From positions 32,001-96,000 of IMG/VR virus record IMGVR_UViG_3300025039_000014: 64,000 bases of DNA; one strand, 5' to 3'. Source of the stretch: a virus. Position numbers and translations under genes: made by a program. Each line of letters begins with the position of its first letter. The first letter of the stretch is position 1. The notes beneath the pieces were generated by a model that was given only the letters and a program-made list of their open reading frames with translations, was not told where the DNA came from and made no database searches. Shown one piece after another: positions 51,746 through 61,653 of the stretch.

Positions 51746-52102
51746 GTGAAGGATACGATCACTGAGGAAGTGGTTTCGACCCTTGCCTCTCAACCTATTG
51801 GCGATGCGATCCCCGAACCGGTGCTGAACTGGGCCGACAAAAGTCTCTGGATCGTCATGGGCTTCATTCTGTTGGGTCATGTCGCACGCAATCTCGTCTC
51901 CGACGAGCCATTCAATATCCGCAAGTTCATCGGGGAAATGATCCTCGCCGCCATCGGGGCTGTCTCGATCTACGTGATGGGACTGCTACAGGGGCTGCCC
52001 GAGCCACAGATCATCTTCATCGGCCTACTGACTAGCCTGGGCGGTCTGCGAGCTCTCGAATGGGCCGCGAAGATCACTCGTGCGGTCAAGAAAATCTCGT
52101 AA
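51746..52102 (+). CDS. holin
   Basis: Three hydrophobic segments and basic C-terminus; upstream of the endolysin. Confidence 0.7.
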   Translation: MKDTITEEVVSTLASQPIGDAIPEPVLNWADKSLWIVMGFILLGHVARNLVSDEPFNIRKFIGEMILAAIGAVSIYVMGLLQGLPEPQIIFIGLLTSLGGLRALEWAAKITRAVKKIS

Positions 52103-52114
52103 GGAGATAGACCC

Positions 52115-52600
52115 ATGCAATTCGCACTCAACTTCCCCCGTCGTGAGTTCGAGCTTTCCCAGACTGCCGTTCGCAAGGGTATCGATAACACGGTCCCCGA
52201 CGAGCTCGTGCCGAATGCCGCTCGCCTTTCCTGGTGGCTGCAAGAGCTTCGCAACAAGATCAACCGGCTTCACCGCCAAGAGTCTCGCTCGCGTGAGCTG
52301 CCGATCGTCATCACCTCCGGTTATCGCTGCCCGGCGCTGAACGAAGCCATCGGCGGCGCCGAGAATTCGCAGCACTCCAAGGCAGAAGCCGTCGACATTC
52401 ACGTCCCTGGCATGACCTCGCGTCAGCTCGTCGACTTCATCGTGGCCAACCAACCCGGCTACGACCAGATGATCGAAGAGTTCGGCCAGTGGGTGCATGT
52501 CAGCGTGACCACTCGCCCGCGTGGGGAAGTGCTCGTTGCCAAGCGCAACTCTCGGGGCAAGGTCAGCTACGCCCCTCTCGTGACGCAAGAAGAAGCCTAA
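52115..52600 (+). CDS. endolysin, peptidase M15A
   Basis: ITSGYRCPALN..IGGA.NSQH...AVD...WVHVS. Confidence 0.9.
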   Translation: MQFALNFPRREFELSQTAVRKGIDNTVPDELVPNAARLSWWLQELRNKINRLHRQESRSRELPIVITSGYRCPALNEAIGGAENSQHSKAEAVDIHVPGMTSRQLVDFIVANQPGYDQMIEEFGQWVHVSVTTRPRGEVLVAKRNSRGKVSYAPLVTQEEA

Positions 52601-52637
52601 TCCTGGGCCGGCTCCGGCCGGCTTTTCGAGGTGAATC

Positions 52638-52847
52638 ATGACCGACACCGATGCAATCGCCACGATCTCTGGCTTGACCACGGAGGCCAATAACGAGACC
52701 ACCGCGATCCAGACCGCTTATTCGAATTTCGACGCGTCCAAAGCGGCATTGACCCAGGCCGAAGCGGAAGTTTCTGCGCGACTAACGCTCATGGACAAGC
52801 GGGTTCGCTACGTCATCAATCGATATGGGGAAGGCAATGGCGCTTGA
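52638..52847 (+). CDS. small coiled-coil protein
   Basis: GAGGTG RBS; coupled to the next gene. Confidence 0.55.
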   Translation: MTDTDAIATISGLTTEANNETTAIQTAYSNFDASKAALTQAEAEVSARLTLMDKRVRYVINRYGEGNGA

Positions 52848-54282
52848 TCCGAATCTACAGGTCTCGATCGACAGTCTCCAGACCGCTCATACCAGCGTGA
52901 TCGAAGCCGTTCGGGGCTACACCGGTGGCAGTATCGCCAAGAGCACCAATGATCTGCTGCTGAAACACGCCAGCGCCAATCGCGGAATCGATGAAGCCGA
53001 GTCCGGGTTAATCAATCAGATTCTGGCTCTCGACAATGCCCCGGTGCCTTCTTTCCTAGCTGGTTTCATCCGTCGCTCGTTCATGAAAGGCGAAGCCTCC
53101 ATCGATCATGGCTATACGGCCAATCAACTCCTTGGATTCAAACGAGCCTCGGTGAAATGGGCGTTTGGTCCCGGCGGCAATATCACTCAGGTGCCGGTCG
53201 ACACCCTGGCCTATGCCTATGACCCCCTGACCGGTTATCCGATTGGCGCGCTTTTGGAAGGCGCAGCGACGAACATTCGCCCCTACTCACATGAGTTCAG
53301 CCGCTGGCCCGTTGCCAATGGCTCGACCTTCTCAACCTCATCTGAATCGACCGTCATCGACGGCATTGGCCCGTGGAAATTCAACGAGGGCACACAGACT
53401 GACGTTCAGCACTACTTCCTCCACGGCGCAAGGCTGACTGCTGGATTCTGGACCGACTCGATCATCGTCAAAGCCGGTGAGCGTTCCAAGATCGAGATCA
53501 GAGTCACCGACTATGGACCCTCAAGCCAAGCCGGGTTTGATCTCGAGAATGGTCAGATTTTCAACCAGCCATCGCCGTCGCAATCCTCAGCCAAGATGAC
53601 CAAGTTGCCCAATGGCTACTGGCTCTGCGAGGTGACTTTCTACGTCGATGCCGAGGCCGACGGCAACGTGCTCTACATGCTGAGCAAGGACGGTGGCGTC
53701 AACGAAGCGTATGCCGGTGAGGGAGACAAGGGCGTCTACATGCTTCATGCCCAGCTTGAGGCCAACTCATGCTCTACATCTCGAATTCTTTGCGCCGGAA
53801 CGCCAACCTCTCGCGCTGCCGATGATCCGACCTGGGAGTTGGATGATTCTCACAACAAGGAAGGGTTCTCGTTCTATCTGGAGGGCGTCCAGGGTTCCCG
53901 TCAGGGAACCGCGTTGTTCTATTCGAATGTCGGAGGTCTCGATAGTCATCTTCGCGTCGGCTTCCCGGACAACAACAGCGCGGCGGTGTGGTTCAACCAG
54001 AACAACGCCGGTGCCCGCAGCATTCCGCTTTCCGATTTCCCCTCCTACGTCCCAGGCACTCCATTCAAATTGGCAGTCAGCGTAGGGCCGACCAAGATCG
54101 CAGTCGCCCTCAACGGTGAGCTGTCGAGGATGGATATCAGCAGCCGCGGCGTCCCCGCCGTCAATCGTGCGCGGCTCGGCGCCATTTCGGATACCAACAA
54201 TGGCATCAATGGGCAAATCGTCGAGTTTCGCGAGTTCCCCATGGTGCTCAGTGAAGAGCAGGTTTTGGAGATGACCACATGA
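52837..54282 (+). CDS. fibre/spike-like protein 1 (LamG/ConA-like C-terminus)
   Basis: YDPLTG..GALLEGAATN; QLE..S.I.....RAAD. Confidence 0.7.
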   Translation: MALDPNLQVSIDSLQTAHTSVIEAVRGYTGGSIAKSTNDLLLKHASANRGIDEAESGLINQILALDNAPVPSFLAGFIRRSFMKGEASIDHGYTANQLLGFKRASVKWAFGPGGNITQVPVDTLAYAYDPLTGYPIGALLEGAATNIRPYSHEFSRWPVANGSTFSTSSESTVIDGIGPWKFNEGTQTDVQHYFLHGARLTAGFWTDSIIVKAGERSKIEIRVTDYGPSSQAGFDLENGQIFNQPSPSQSSAKMTKLPNGYWLCEVTFYVDAEADGNVLYMLSKDGGVNEAYAGEGDKGVYMLHAQLEANSCSTSRILCAGTPTSRAADDPTWELDDSHNKEGFSFYLEGVQGSRQGTALFYSNVGGLDSHLRVGFPDNNSAAVWFNQNNAGARSIPLSDFPSYVPGTPFKLAVSVGPTKIAVALNGELSRMDISSRGVPAVNRARLGAISDTNNGINGQIVEFREFPMVLSEEQVLEMTT

Positions 54283-55709
54283 CGCAGACGCTCGATACCG
54301 CCCATGCCGCGTCAATCACCGAGCTACAGACGCGTCACGCCAAACTGATGACCTCGGTGCGCAACTATACCGACACCAGCGTCACGGCATCGACAGCCGA
54401 GCTCACCGCCGCCCGCTCTGCCCTGATGGATAACATCGACGCCAAGGAGCAATCGCTGCTGGGCCTGGCACAGAGAAAGGCGACGAAGCCACTCCCCTCG
54501 ATGATTCTGGACTTCCGAGAGCAGGTGTTTCTCCAAGGCAATCGTATCATCGAGCGCGGCCGTGACGTTGCCGATCTGCTCCAGGTGCTGCGTGGCTCGT
54601 CGAAGTGGTGCTTTGGCCCTACCGGCAATGTCCGTGAATTCCCGGCGAACACCGTTGCCTACGCCTACGATCCGACGACCGGAGAGGCAAAAGGTATTTC
54701 CCTGGAAGGTGCCGGCACCAACCTGCACCCCTACAGCACGGACATGACCAACGCGAATGTAACTCGCCTGAGATGCGATGTTGCGGTCTCAAGCGAAACC
54801 TCTCCTATTACGGGTCAAAAAGCTTTCAAGCTGACCTGCCTTGAGAACAACACGACAGGCTTAGATCCCGGCACGTTCAGCGTCACCAATGGAACGAAAT
54901 ACACCACCACCGTCATCGCCAAAGCGGGATCGGCAAACGGCATTACGCTGGTCTTCAAGTCATTTCAGTCGGGCTGGCAAGCGGGTGAGATTCGATTCGA
55001 TGGGTCTGTCGATTCCTCGACGGGATCGGGTTGGAAACTCGAAGAGCAATGCGATCTGCGCGATGGATGGGTAATGGCGCGCGTGTCCTGCACGGCAAGT
55101 CAGGATTCGACCGCAGCCTCGGTTGAGTATCGCATCACCCACAATGACGCGAACCCAGCCGTTGGACAGACTATCCATCTCGCCCACTGGCAGATCGAGA
55201 CCGGCAACGGATCGACGATCATTCCGACAGCCGCAACGGCCGTTACCCGTGCAGCCGACAACATGCTGCGCGACCTGTCGTTCGAGCATAACCCCAACGG
55301 CTTCACCTTCTATGTCGAAGGTGTGCAGACCTCCGACACCGGATCGCTGGTGTTCTATTCCCTGAACAACAGCACAAGCAAGAGTATCCGAGTGGGTGTG
55401 CCGTCCAACAATAACGCGATCTTCTGGGTGAATTACGATCGCCTGGCCAATATCTCTACGACCAACTTCCCGGTAGTGAAAGGCGGCAGCAACAAGATTG
55501 CGGTGTCCGTGAATGCCACGCGCTTCGCGGTCGCCTGCAATGGTTCTGTCAGCTATACCAGCACGCCTCCCCAGGGTATCCCGATCTTCAACCGCGCCAA
55601 GCTTGGTGCTATCTCCGACACCAACAACGCCATCAACGGCACCATCGCTGAGTTCCGCGCCTACCCGATGGCGATGGAAGCGGCCGATCTGATCGTTCTT
55701 ACTACCTGA
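54279..55709 (+). CDS. fibre/spike-like protein 2, paralogue of the previous gene
   Basis: YDPTTGEAKGISLEGAGTN; shared LGAISDTNN.ING. Confidence 0.7.
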   Translation: MTQTLDTAHAASITELQTRHAKLMTSVRNYTDTSVTASTAELTAARSALMDNIDAKEQSLLGLAQRKATKPLPSMILDFREQVFLQGNRIIERGRDVADLLQVLRGSSKWCFGPTGNVREFPANTVAYAYDPTTGEAKGISLEGAGTNLHPYSTDMTNANVTRLRCDVAVSSETSPITGQKAFKLTCLENNTTGLDPGTFSVTNGTKYTTTVIAKAGSANGITLVFKSFQSGWQAGEIRFDGSVDSSTGSGWKLEEQCDLRDGWVMARVSCTASQDSTAASVEYRITHNDANPAVGQTIHLAHWQIETGNGSTIIPTAATAVTRAADNMLRDLSFEHNPNGFTFYVEGVQTSDTGSLVFYSLNNSTSKSIRVGVPSNNNAIFWVNYDRLANISTTNFPVVKGGSNKIAVSVNATRFAVACNGSVSYTSTPPQGIPIFNRAKLGAISDTNNAINGTIAEFRAYPMAMEAADLIVLTT

Positions 55710-55724
55710 TACGAGACCCTGCCC

Positions 55725-56309
55725 ATGCGTGATGCTCTGCTCTATGTCGCCACTTTCAAAACTCTGGTTAATCACCTGGCGATCCACTATCCCAACATGC
55801 TCGAGCGTGATGGGAACGGCGCGATCGTTACTCCCCCGGTGGTCACAGGATTCGCTCGCACCCCGGCGATCACCGATGGCACCGCCGTGATGGTCTACGT
55901 CCGTCTCCAGGATGAAGAGGTCGAGGATTGGCGCGGTATGCCGGGCGTCGAGATCATGGCCGAGACCGTATTCACCGGCCCCGGCACGGCTCAGCGCATC
56001 TATGACCAGGTGTTTGCCGACGAAGTGAAGTATGCACGCTACAAAGCGCTCTATCCGCACGACCCATACGCGATCGAGACAGGGCTTCTCGCCTACACCC
56101 TGACTGCCGAATTCAGCGAGCCGACCGAAGTCGTGGTTCAGCTCGACGACGAGCCGCAAACACTGATCATGACCGACGTCTACAAGCTGTCCGTGACGCC
56201 GGACGTCAGTGTAAGCGTGGACCACGAGGGTGTCGTGCTGAGCGAACCCGTCGTGGAGACCCGCACCATCACGCCCTCGGCGTGGATCGGTGTTCTTGCT
56301 GGAGCCTGA
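55725..56309 (+). CDS. hypothetical protein, possible fibre chaperone
   Basis: ORF directly after the fibre-like genes. Confidence 0.6.
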   Translation: MRDALLYVATFKTLVNHLAIHYPNMLERDGNGAIVTPPVVTGFARTPAITDGTAVMVYVRLQDEEVEDWRGMPGVEIMAETVFTGPGTAQRIYDQVFADEVKYARYKALYPHDPYAIETGLLAYTLTAEFSEPTEVVVQLDDEPQTLIMTDVYKLSVTPDVSVSVDHEGVVLSEPVVETRTITPSAWIGVLAGA

Positions 56310-56312
56310 CAC

Positions 56313-56720
56313 ATGGGACTCTTTGCCAGGTTGTTCGGTAGTGACAACGTCATCCAGAAAGCCGCGGATGGCATCTACAATGGCGTCGACAAGGCGATCT
56401 ACACCCAGGAAGAGAAAGCGATTGGCTTCCTCAACCTGCTGAAAGCCTACGAGCCGTTCAAATTGGCCCAGCGACTGCTCGCGCTGACCGTCACGGTGCC
56501 CTATGTGACCGTGTGGCTCTGTTGCGCGCTGATGCTGGTGATCGCGGGCTTCGTTGAGCCGGCTTATGGCAAACAGCTCGATGAGGCGGCGCGCACGCTC
56601 GGGGAGTTGAATAACGACACGCTGGGCATGCCAGTCGCCTTAGTGCTGTCGTTTTACTTCGCCGGCGGTGCGCTCGAGGGAGTCGTCGACAAGATTCGCT
56701 CCAAGCAGGTGAAATCCTAG
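56313..56720 (+). CDS. membrane protein resembling 3TM holins
   Basis: D....T.EEK N-terminus; hydrophobic helices; SFYF.G. Confidence 0.55.
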   Translation: MGLFARLFGSDNVIQKAADGIYNGVDKAIYTQEEKAIGFLNLLKAYEPFKLAQRLLALTVTVPYVTVWLCCALMLVIAGFVEPAYGKQLDEAARTLGELNNDTLGMPVALVLSFYFAGGALEGVVDKIRSKQVKS

Positions 56721-56768
56721 AGAAAAGGCGGACAAAGCATATGGTTTTGCCTTCGTCCGCCTGATAGA

Positions 56769-56788
56769 GTAAGTAATCGCTTACTTAC
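56769..56788. promoter_or_regulatory. operator copy 14
   Basis: GTAAGTAATCGCTTACTTAC. Confidence 0.8.
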
Positions 56789-56936
56789 TGGATTTTAGGC
56801 CGATGCTGTCATGCCAACGACCCTACGATCTGGATCGACCGCCCTGTCTCGCGACAGGTGCGTGGCGTGAACGGGTGTCTCTGACTGTGTGATTGAAGGC
56901 GGGCTTCGGCTCGCCTTTCCTTTTAAGGGTCGACCG

Positions 56937-57746
56937 ATGTCTCGAAGCTATAACGGCAAGCAGCAGAAGCGTCAGGAACGACGGTCCAGCAAGCGTAGGG
57001 ATCGAGCCGATGTCGTGGCCCTGTTCGACAACCATCGCGAACAGGCAGGCGCCGAGATCCAGCGCGATCTGATGCGTTTCATGTCCACGGCCAACGCCAA
57101 ACGCTCCAGCGAGCCCGTCCAGGCACGCAACGAGACTCAGGGTCACTACATCATCTCGATCCAGGGGAACGATGTCACCGTCGGCACTGGCCCTGCGGGG
57201 GCCGGCAAGACCTGGGTAGCTACCGCACTGGCCTGTGAGGCGCTGATGGCCAAGGACGTCGAGAAGATCATCGTCACCCGCCCGGTGGTCGAGGCGGAAG
57301 AATCACTCGGGTTCCTTCCTGGCGAGATCATGGATAAGTTCGCGCCCTACTTCGTCCCGATCCGTGAGGTCATGGACGAGCGCCTGGGTAAGGGCTTCGT
57401 CGACTATCTGATCGGGACCGGCAAGATCGAGATCGCCCCTCTGGCCTACATGCGGGGCCGAACGCACAAGAACGCTTTCGTGATTCTCGACGAAGCGCAG
57501 AACACCACGCCTAAGCAGATGAAGTTGTTCCTCACCCGTCTCGGCGAGAACACGCGTGTCGTCATCAATGGTGACGCCTCGCAGCAGGACATTCGCGCAA
57601 AGCTCAACGGCTTGGATGATGTCGTTCAACGGTTCAGCCGGACCCCTGGCTTTGGGGTGATCGCGTTCGACCGGGCAGACGTTGTCCGCTCGGCGTTGGC
57701 GCAGATCATTGTGTCGAACTACGAAGACAATCCAGTCGCAGCTTAG
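56937..57746 (+). CDS. phoH: PhoH family ATPase
   Basis: GPAGAGKT, LGFLPG, YMRGRT, LDEAQN, LTRLGE, GD..Q.D. Confidence 0.95.
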   Translation: MSRSYNGKQQKRQERRSSKRRDRADVVALFDNHREQAGAEIQRDLMRFMSTANAKRSSEPVQARNETQGHYIISIQGNDVTVGTGPAGAGKTWVATALACEALMAKDVEKIIVTRPVVEAEESLGFLPGEIMDKFAPYFVPIREVMDERLGKGFVDYLIGTGKIEIAPLAYMRGRTHKNAFVILDEAQNTTPKQMKLFLTRLGENTRVVINGDASQQDIRAKLNGLDDVVQRFSRTPGFGVIAFDRADVVRSALAQIIVSNYEDNPVAA

Positions 57747-57949
57747 CGCAGTGTAGCGATGCTATCCCTGATAGCGTCAGAATCGACCCAGAAAGCGTCC
57801 CTGAGCGCGTTCGAGCTTCACGACACAAGATGACGCTTGGAAACTCGGAACGGAGCGCACACGCAAACAGGGAGCGATTCACCCCCAGCCCTCGATCAGA
57901 CGATCGGGGGCTTTTCATTGCGCGGTTCGCCGGGTCCGAGCAGCTGTGA

Positions 57950-58034
57950 GGCAGACCTATAACTCTATTATCTGTGTTTATCTGGAAATGTATTTATAGA
58001 TGGAAGCAGGCACCCGAGCTAAAAACAAAACCTC
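57950..58034 (+). repeat. dispersed element, copy B
   Basis: Matches 11825-11911. Confidence 0.85.
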
Positions 58035-58260
58035 TCCGGTCCCGACAAGGTTTCCGACACCCTGGAGCTGAGGAAAGGCAGGAAAGGGAGTGATCCCGGC
58101 CCTGGGGTTTCCCCGTCAGCAGTTCCAGATGGTCAACGTAGTGAAGCCGGGCGTGTTGCGCATGCCGCCGCCGCGCCAGGAGCCGGCCCTCTCGAACATA
58201 CCCCTCCCCCAACGCGAAGATTTGATTGCTGCCCCGGATCAGAGAGTGCTAACTTATGCA

Positions 58261-58280
58261 GTCACTAAGCACTTACTTAC
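58261..58280. promoter_or_regulatory. operator copy 15
   Basis: GTCACTAAGCACTTACTTAC. Confidence 0.65.
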
Positions 58281-58294
58281 TGTTAGAGAAAACA

Positions 58295-59119
58295 ATGAAC
58301 TCTCCCGCGAAACGCGTCGTGCATACCAGCACGAGCAAGCCGCCTAAAAGCGTGCCAATGGCGAAGCTCCCAGACAATTTGGTCGAGCGCTATCGGGCAC
58401 GTCGTGACGGCAGTTTCGAGTTCTATGATCAATTCTCTTCCGTCGAGCTCGACGCGGTCATGTCCGATGGTATCCCGCGAGACCTGCTGGAGAAGGAAGC
58501 AGACCTGCTGCTCTCCAAATGGTTCGATTATCGCCCGTATCACCTGTGGCGCGCCGCCGCGATCTTCCTCGAAGCCTACCGCTCCGAACACGCCTGGGTG
58601 ATGCGCAAGCGCGAGGACATCTCCAGCCACTGGTTTCACAAGGGTATCAAGGCGAAGACGCTCCACACCCTCGGATCACAACAGCTGATCGCCCTTTGGA
58701 AGTCGCGTCAGGCTGCCGACTCGATCGGCGCCCCCTACGACTTCTACTGCCGCGAGCTCTTGAATTGGGCTGAGCATCGCAACTGGACTCACCTGCCGCG
58801 GATCAATCAGCTCTACACAGAGGATCACGTCGAGGTCGTCAAGGACTTGCTGGCCAAGGATCGCGTCGCTCGGCTGCGCTACGCCACCGAGCCTTGCTTC
58901 GGCAACGAGCAGTTCGCCGGCGAGCTTCACCAGAACGATTACCACCGCTATCTGATCGCACAGATCAAGCAGAGAGCACATCCCGTTTTCTCACTAGGTG
59001 GCGCGGTCTTTCGCCGTTGCCATCTACCCGAAGCCGTTGCCAGAGATCACTTTGGCGATGCGCTAGTGGATGAAGCTCTACGTCTCGCCGACCAGCTCTA
59101 TCCGAACGACACCCTGTGA
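58295..59119 (+). CDS. hypothetical protein of the replication module
   Basis: KWFDYR...RQAAD.IG.PY.FY...P; upstream of dnaB. Confidence 0.7.
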   Translation: MNSPAKRVVHTSTSKPPKSVPMAKLPDNLVERYRARRDGSFEFYDQFSSVELDAVMSDGIPRDLLEKEADLLLSKWFDYRPYHLWRAAAIFLEAYRSEHAWVMRKREDISSHWFHKGIKAKTLHTLGSQQLIALWKSRQAADSIGAPYDFYCRELLNWAEHRNWTHLPRINQLYTEDHVEVVKDLLAKDRVARLRYATEPCFGNEQFAGELHQNDYHRYLIAQIKQRAHPVFSLGGAVFRRCHLPEAVARDHFGDALVDEALRLADQLYPNDTL

Positions 59120-59170
59120 TCGTCAGCACACACTGACATCGCATTCAAAGCACACACGGAGCAATCAACC

Positions 59171-59497
59171 ATGAAACCAGTTACAACCATCACCTCAGTC
59201 GAATCCCGCTCTCGTCGTGTGGACGCTGCCACCGGTCACAAGCCGTCTTTTAGCAGCAAGCCGGGGACCGAGAAGCGTCCGCCGACACGTCGCAACCTGG
59301 AGCAGCACGAAGCCGCCCTGATTCCCTCGATCCGCTCGCGATCGCCGATCAGACTGGTGCTGATTGACGGCACCTGCATGGAAGGCGTGATCGCCATCGG
59401 CTTTGACCGCTATTCCATCGGCATCGAATATCAGGGCAATCGCGAAAGCGTGTTCAAGTCCTCGATCGCCCGCATCATTACGCCGATCGGAGCCTGA
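59171..59497 (+). CDS. Hfq/Sm-like RNA-binding protein
   Basis: PIRLVLIDG.CMEG....FDRYSI...VFKSSIARI aligns by eye to Hfq PVSIYLVNG.KLQG....FDQFVI...VYKHAISTV. Confidence 0.65.
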   Translation: MKPVTTITSVESRSRRVDAATGHKPSFSSKPGTEKRPPTRRNLEQHEAALIPSIRSRSPIRLVLIDGTCMEGVIAIGFDRYSIGIEYQGNRESVFKSSIARIITPIGA

Positions 59498-59500
59498 TGC

Positions 59501-60886
59501 ATGACTGCTGCCGCCGTTATCGCAGGTATCGGTGGCGCAGCCGGCTCAGCCAGTGCAGCGCCGCCCTCTCCGTTCGACCCTGACTATGAGGTCAAGGTGG
59601 TCGCGCATATCCTGCGCGACACCCATTTCATGCGTCAGTGTGATGATCTAGTCGACCGAGAGTATTTCGAATCGGCCTCGACCCGCTTCCTGGTCGGTGT
59701 GGCAAAGAACCACTTCAAGAAATACGGCTCCGCGCCCGATATTCGAACGCTCGCGATCTACATCAAGAAGGCCAGCGCAACCGGCCGACTCAAGTCGGGT
59801 ATGATCGATGACATCAAGGAAACACTCGGTCAGGCGTTTCGGGAGTCACTGGGCGACGTCAATTACGTCGTCGAGCAGGTGTCATCTTTCGCACGTCACA
59901 AAGCGCTGCAATCGTCGATCATGCGGGTCATCGACGACATGGAGAAAGCCGAAAAGCTGGGCCAAGATTTCGATTTCAGCCAGGCAGAGAAGGAATTCTC
60001 CAAGGCGCTGATGATCGGCACCAACGACGCGAACAACGGCTATGACTACTTCGAGTCGATCAGCTCCCGCACCGAAGCCCGAGAAGAACGCAAAGCTGGT
60101 GTGGCGCCGGATCAGGGTATTACCTCCGGCTATCCAGCGATCGACACCCTGCTCTATCACAAGGGCTGGGGTCGCGGCGAAATGGTGCTGTTCATGGGTC
60201 CACCCAAGAGCGGAAAATCGACAGCGCTGGGGCAGTTCGGAATCAATGCGGCACTGGCGGGCTTCGATGTCCTCTACGTGACCCTAGAGGTCGCCGATCT
60301 GATCATGGCCGATCGTATCGATGCCACCCTGGCGGATACTAAGGTGCATGAGTTGACCGATAAGTCGGGCTCGGTGAAAGATGAGATCGAGAAGCTGGCT
60401 TCATCGTCCGGCAAATTCATCATCCATCAGTATCCGACGGGGAGTTTTACCCCCAAGCAGCTGTGTCGTCTCATAGAGCACTACAAAGCTCGCGGAATCG
60501 TCTTCGACCAAGTGGTCGTCGACTACGGAGACATCATGGCGCCAGACTTTCGCTCAACGGACCCGATCGAGAACAGCAAGAGCATCTACGTGGGTTTGCG
60601 CGCCGCTGCCATGACGTATGACGTCGCCCTTTTGTCAGCGACTCAGACCAACCGCGACGGAGCCAGAAATGCGACCGCCGGCATGACCGACGTCGCCGAG
60701 GATTTCAACAAAATTCGAATTGCCGATCTGGTGATCTCGATCAACAAAACAGAAGAAGAAAAGGCCGCCGGGGAAGCCCGCCTGTATTTCGCTGCGTCGC
60801 GAAACCAGCGCAGCGACATCACGGTGCGGATCGGCCAAGACCTGGAAAAGATGAAGTTCCTAACCAAAATTCTGGACATTACCTGA
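59501..60886 (+). CDS. dnaB: DnaB-like replicative helicase
   Basis: GPPKSGKS, YVTLE, VVVDY, SATQTNR. Confidence 0.9.
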   Translation: MTAAAVIAGIGGAAGSASAAPPSPFDPDYEVKVVAHILRDTHFMRQCDDLVDREYFESASTRFLVGVAKNHFKKYGSAPDIRTLAIYIKKASATGRLKSGMIDDIKETLGQAFRESLGDVNYVVEQVSSFARHKALQSSIMRVIDDMEKAEKLGQDFDFSQAEKEFSKALMIGTNDANNGYDYFESISSRTEAREERKAGVAPDQGITSGYPAIDTLLYHKGWGRGEMVLFMGPPKSGKSTALGQFGINAALAGFDVLYVTLEVADLIMADRIDATLADTKVHELTDKSGSVKDEIEKLASSSGKFIIHQYPTGSFTPKQLCRLIEHYKARGIVFDQVVVDYGDIMAPDFRSTDPIENSKSIYVGLRAAAMTYDVALLSATQTNRDGARNATAGMTDVAEDFNKIRIADLVISINKTEEEKAAGEARLYFAASRNQRSDITVRIGQDLEKMKFLTKILDIT

Positions 60887-61128
60887 TGAGCAACGAAAAG
60901 CCCCCGAAGAACCGCACGGACTATCAGCGGGACTACCAGCGCGACATGCGAGCCAAGAAGGTGACGGTGAGCTTTCTGACCGACCCGGATATCAAGGATG
61001 ACATGAAGCAGATGGCCTCCGATCACGGGTTCAGCTCCATCAAGGCGTTCATGGAAGACCTGACCCGGAAATACAACGTGATCAGGGCGGAAGAAGTTGG
61101 TAAGAGCGACGATGAAAGCAAGGAGTGA
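60886..61128 (+). CDS. small RHH-like DNA-binding protein
   Basis: Coupled ORF; VTVSF...KDDMKQMASDHG.SSIKAFM. Confidence 0.55.
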   Translation: MSNEKPPKNRTDYQRDYQRDMRAKKVTVSFLTDPDIKDDMKQMASDHGFSSIKAFMEDLTRKYNVIRAEEVGKSDDESKE

Positions 61129-61131
61129 GCG

Positions 61132-61653
61132 ATGGAAGGCACCAACCCGTTTCGATTGAAGAAACCCTGTGCCAACTGTCCGTTCCGATCCGACGCAGGG
61201 GCTATTGATTTAGCCCCTGGTCGTTTGGAAGAGATCGCACGGGACATCACCGAAGGCGAAGGCAAGACCTTCTTCTGCCACAAGACCCTCTCAGGCAGTC
61301 ATACCGAAGACGATGAAGGCAACGAGCTCAGCTATGAGCGCGGCGATAAAGACTCCCTCTGCATCGGCTCTGTCATCTTCCAGCTCAAATACGGACGGCT
61401 CCCCATCGGCGCCAGACTCGGATTCATGAGTAAGGATTACGACTACGAGAAACTAATGGCTCAGTTCGACAGCGTCGTCGACCCCGAAGATGTCTTTACC
61501 CCTCGTGCGCATGGCAGATATTGGCTCAAGGACAACGGGGAGTGGATCATCGGGTCTTGGGATGGTCACTGCTGGGAGACCGATCAACACTTAGGGCTCA
61601 CCGATAGCGATTACGATGAGATCGGGTCTGCCCTGGTGAACCCGCATGAGTGA
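61132..61653 (+). CDS. Cys-rich hypothetical phage protein
   Basis: KKPCANCPFR...FFCHKT...C.G. Confidence 0.7.
   Translation: MEGTNPFRLKKPCANCPFRSDAGAIDLAPGRLEEIARDITEGEGKTFFCHKTLSGSHTEDDEGNELSYERGDKDSLCIGSVIFQLKYGRLPIGARLGFMSKDYDYEKLMAQFDSVVDPEDVFTPRAHGRYWLKDNGEWIIGSWDGHCWETDQHLGLTDSDYDEIGSALVNPHE

Noticed and set aside
28447-57629. Many long antisense or alternate-frame ORFs over the structural genes
   Set aside because: Shadow ORFs expected from GC-rich codon bias; they overlap well-supported genes.
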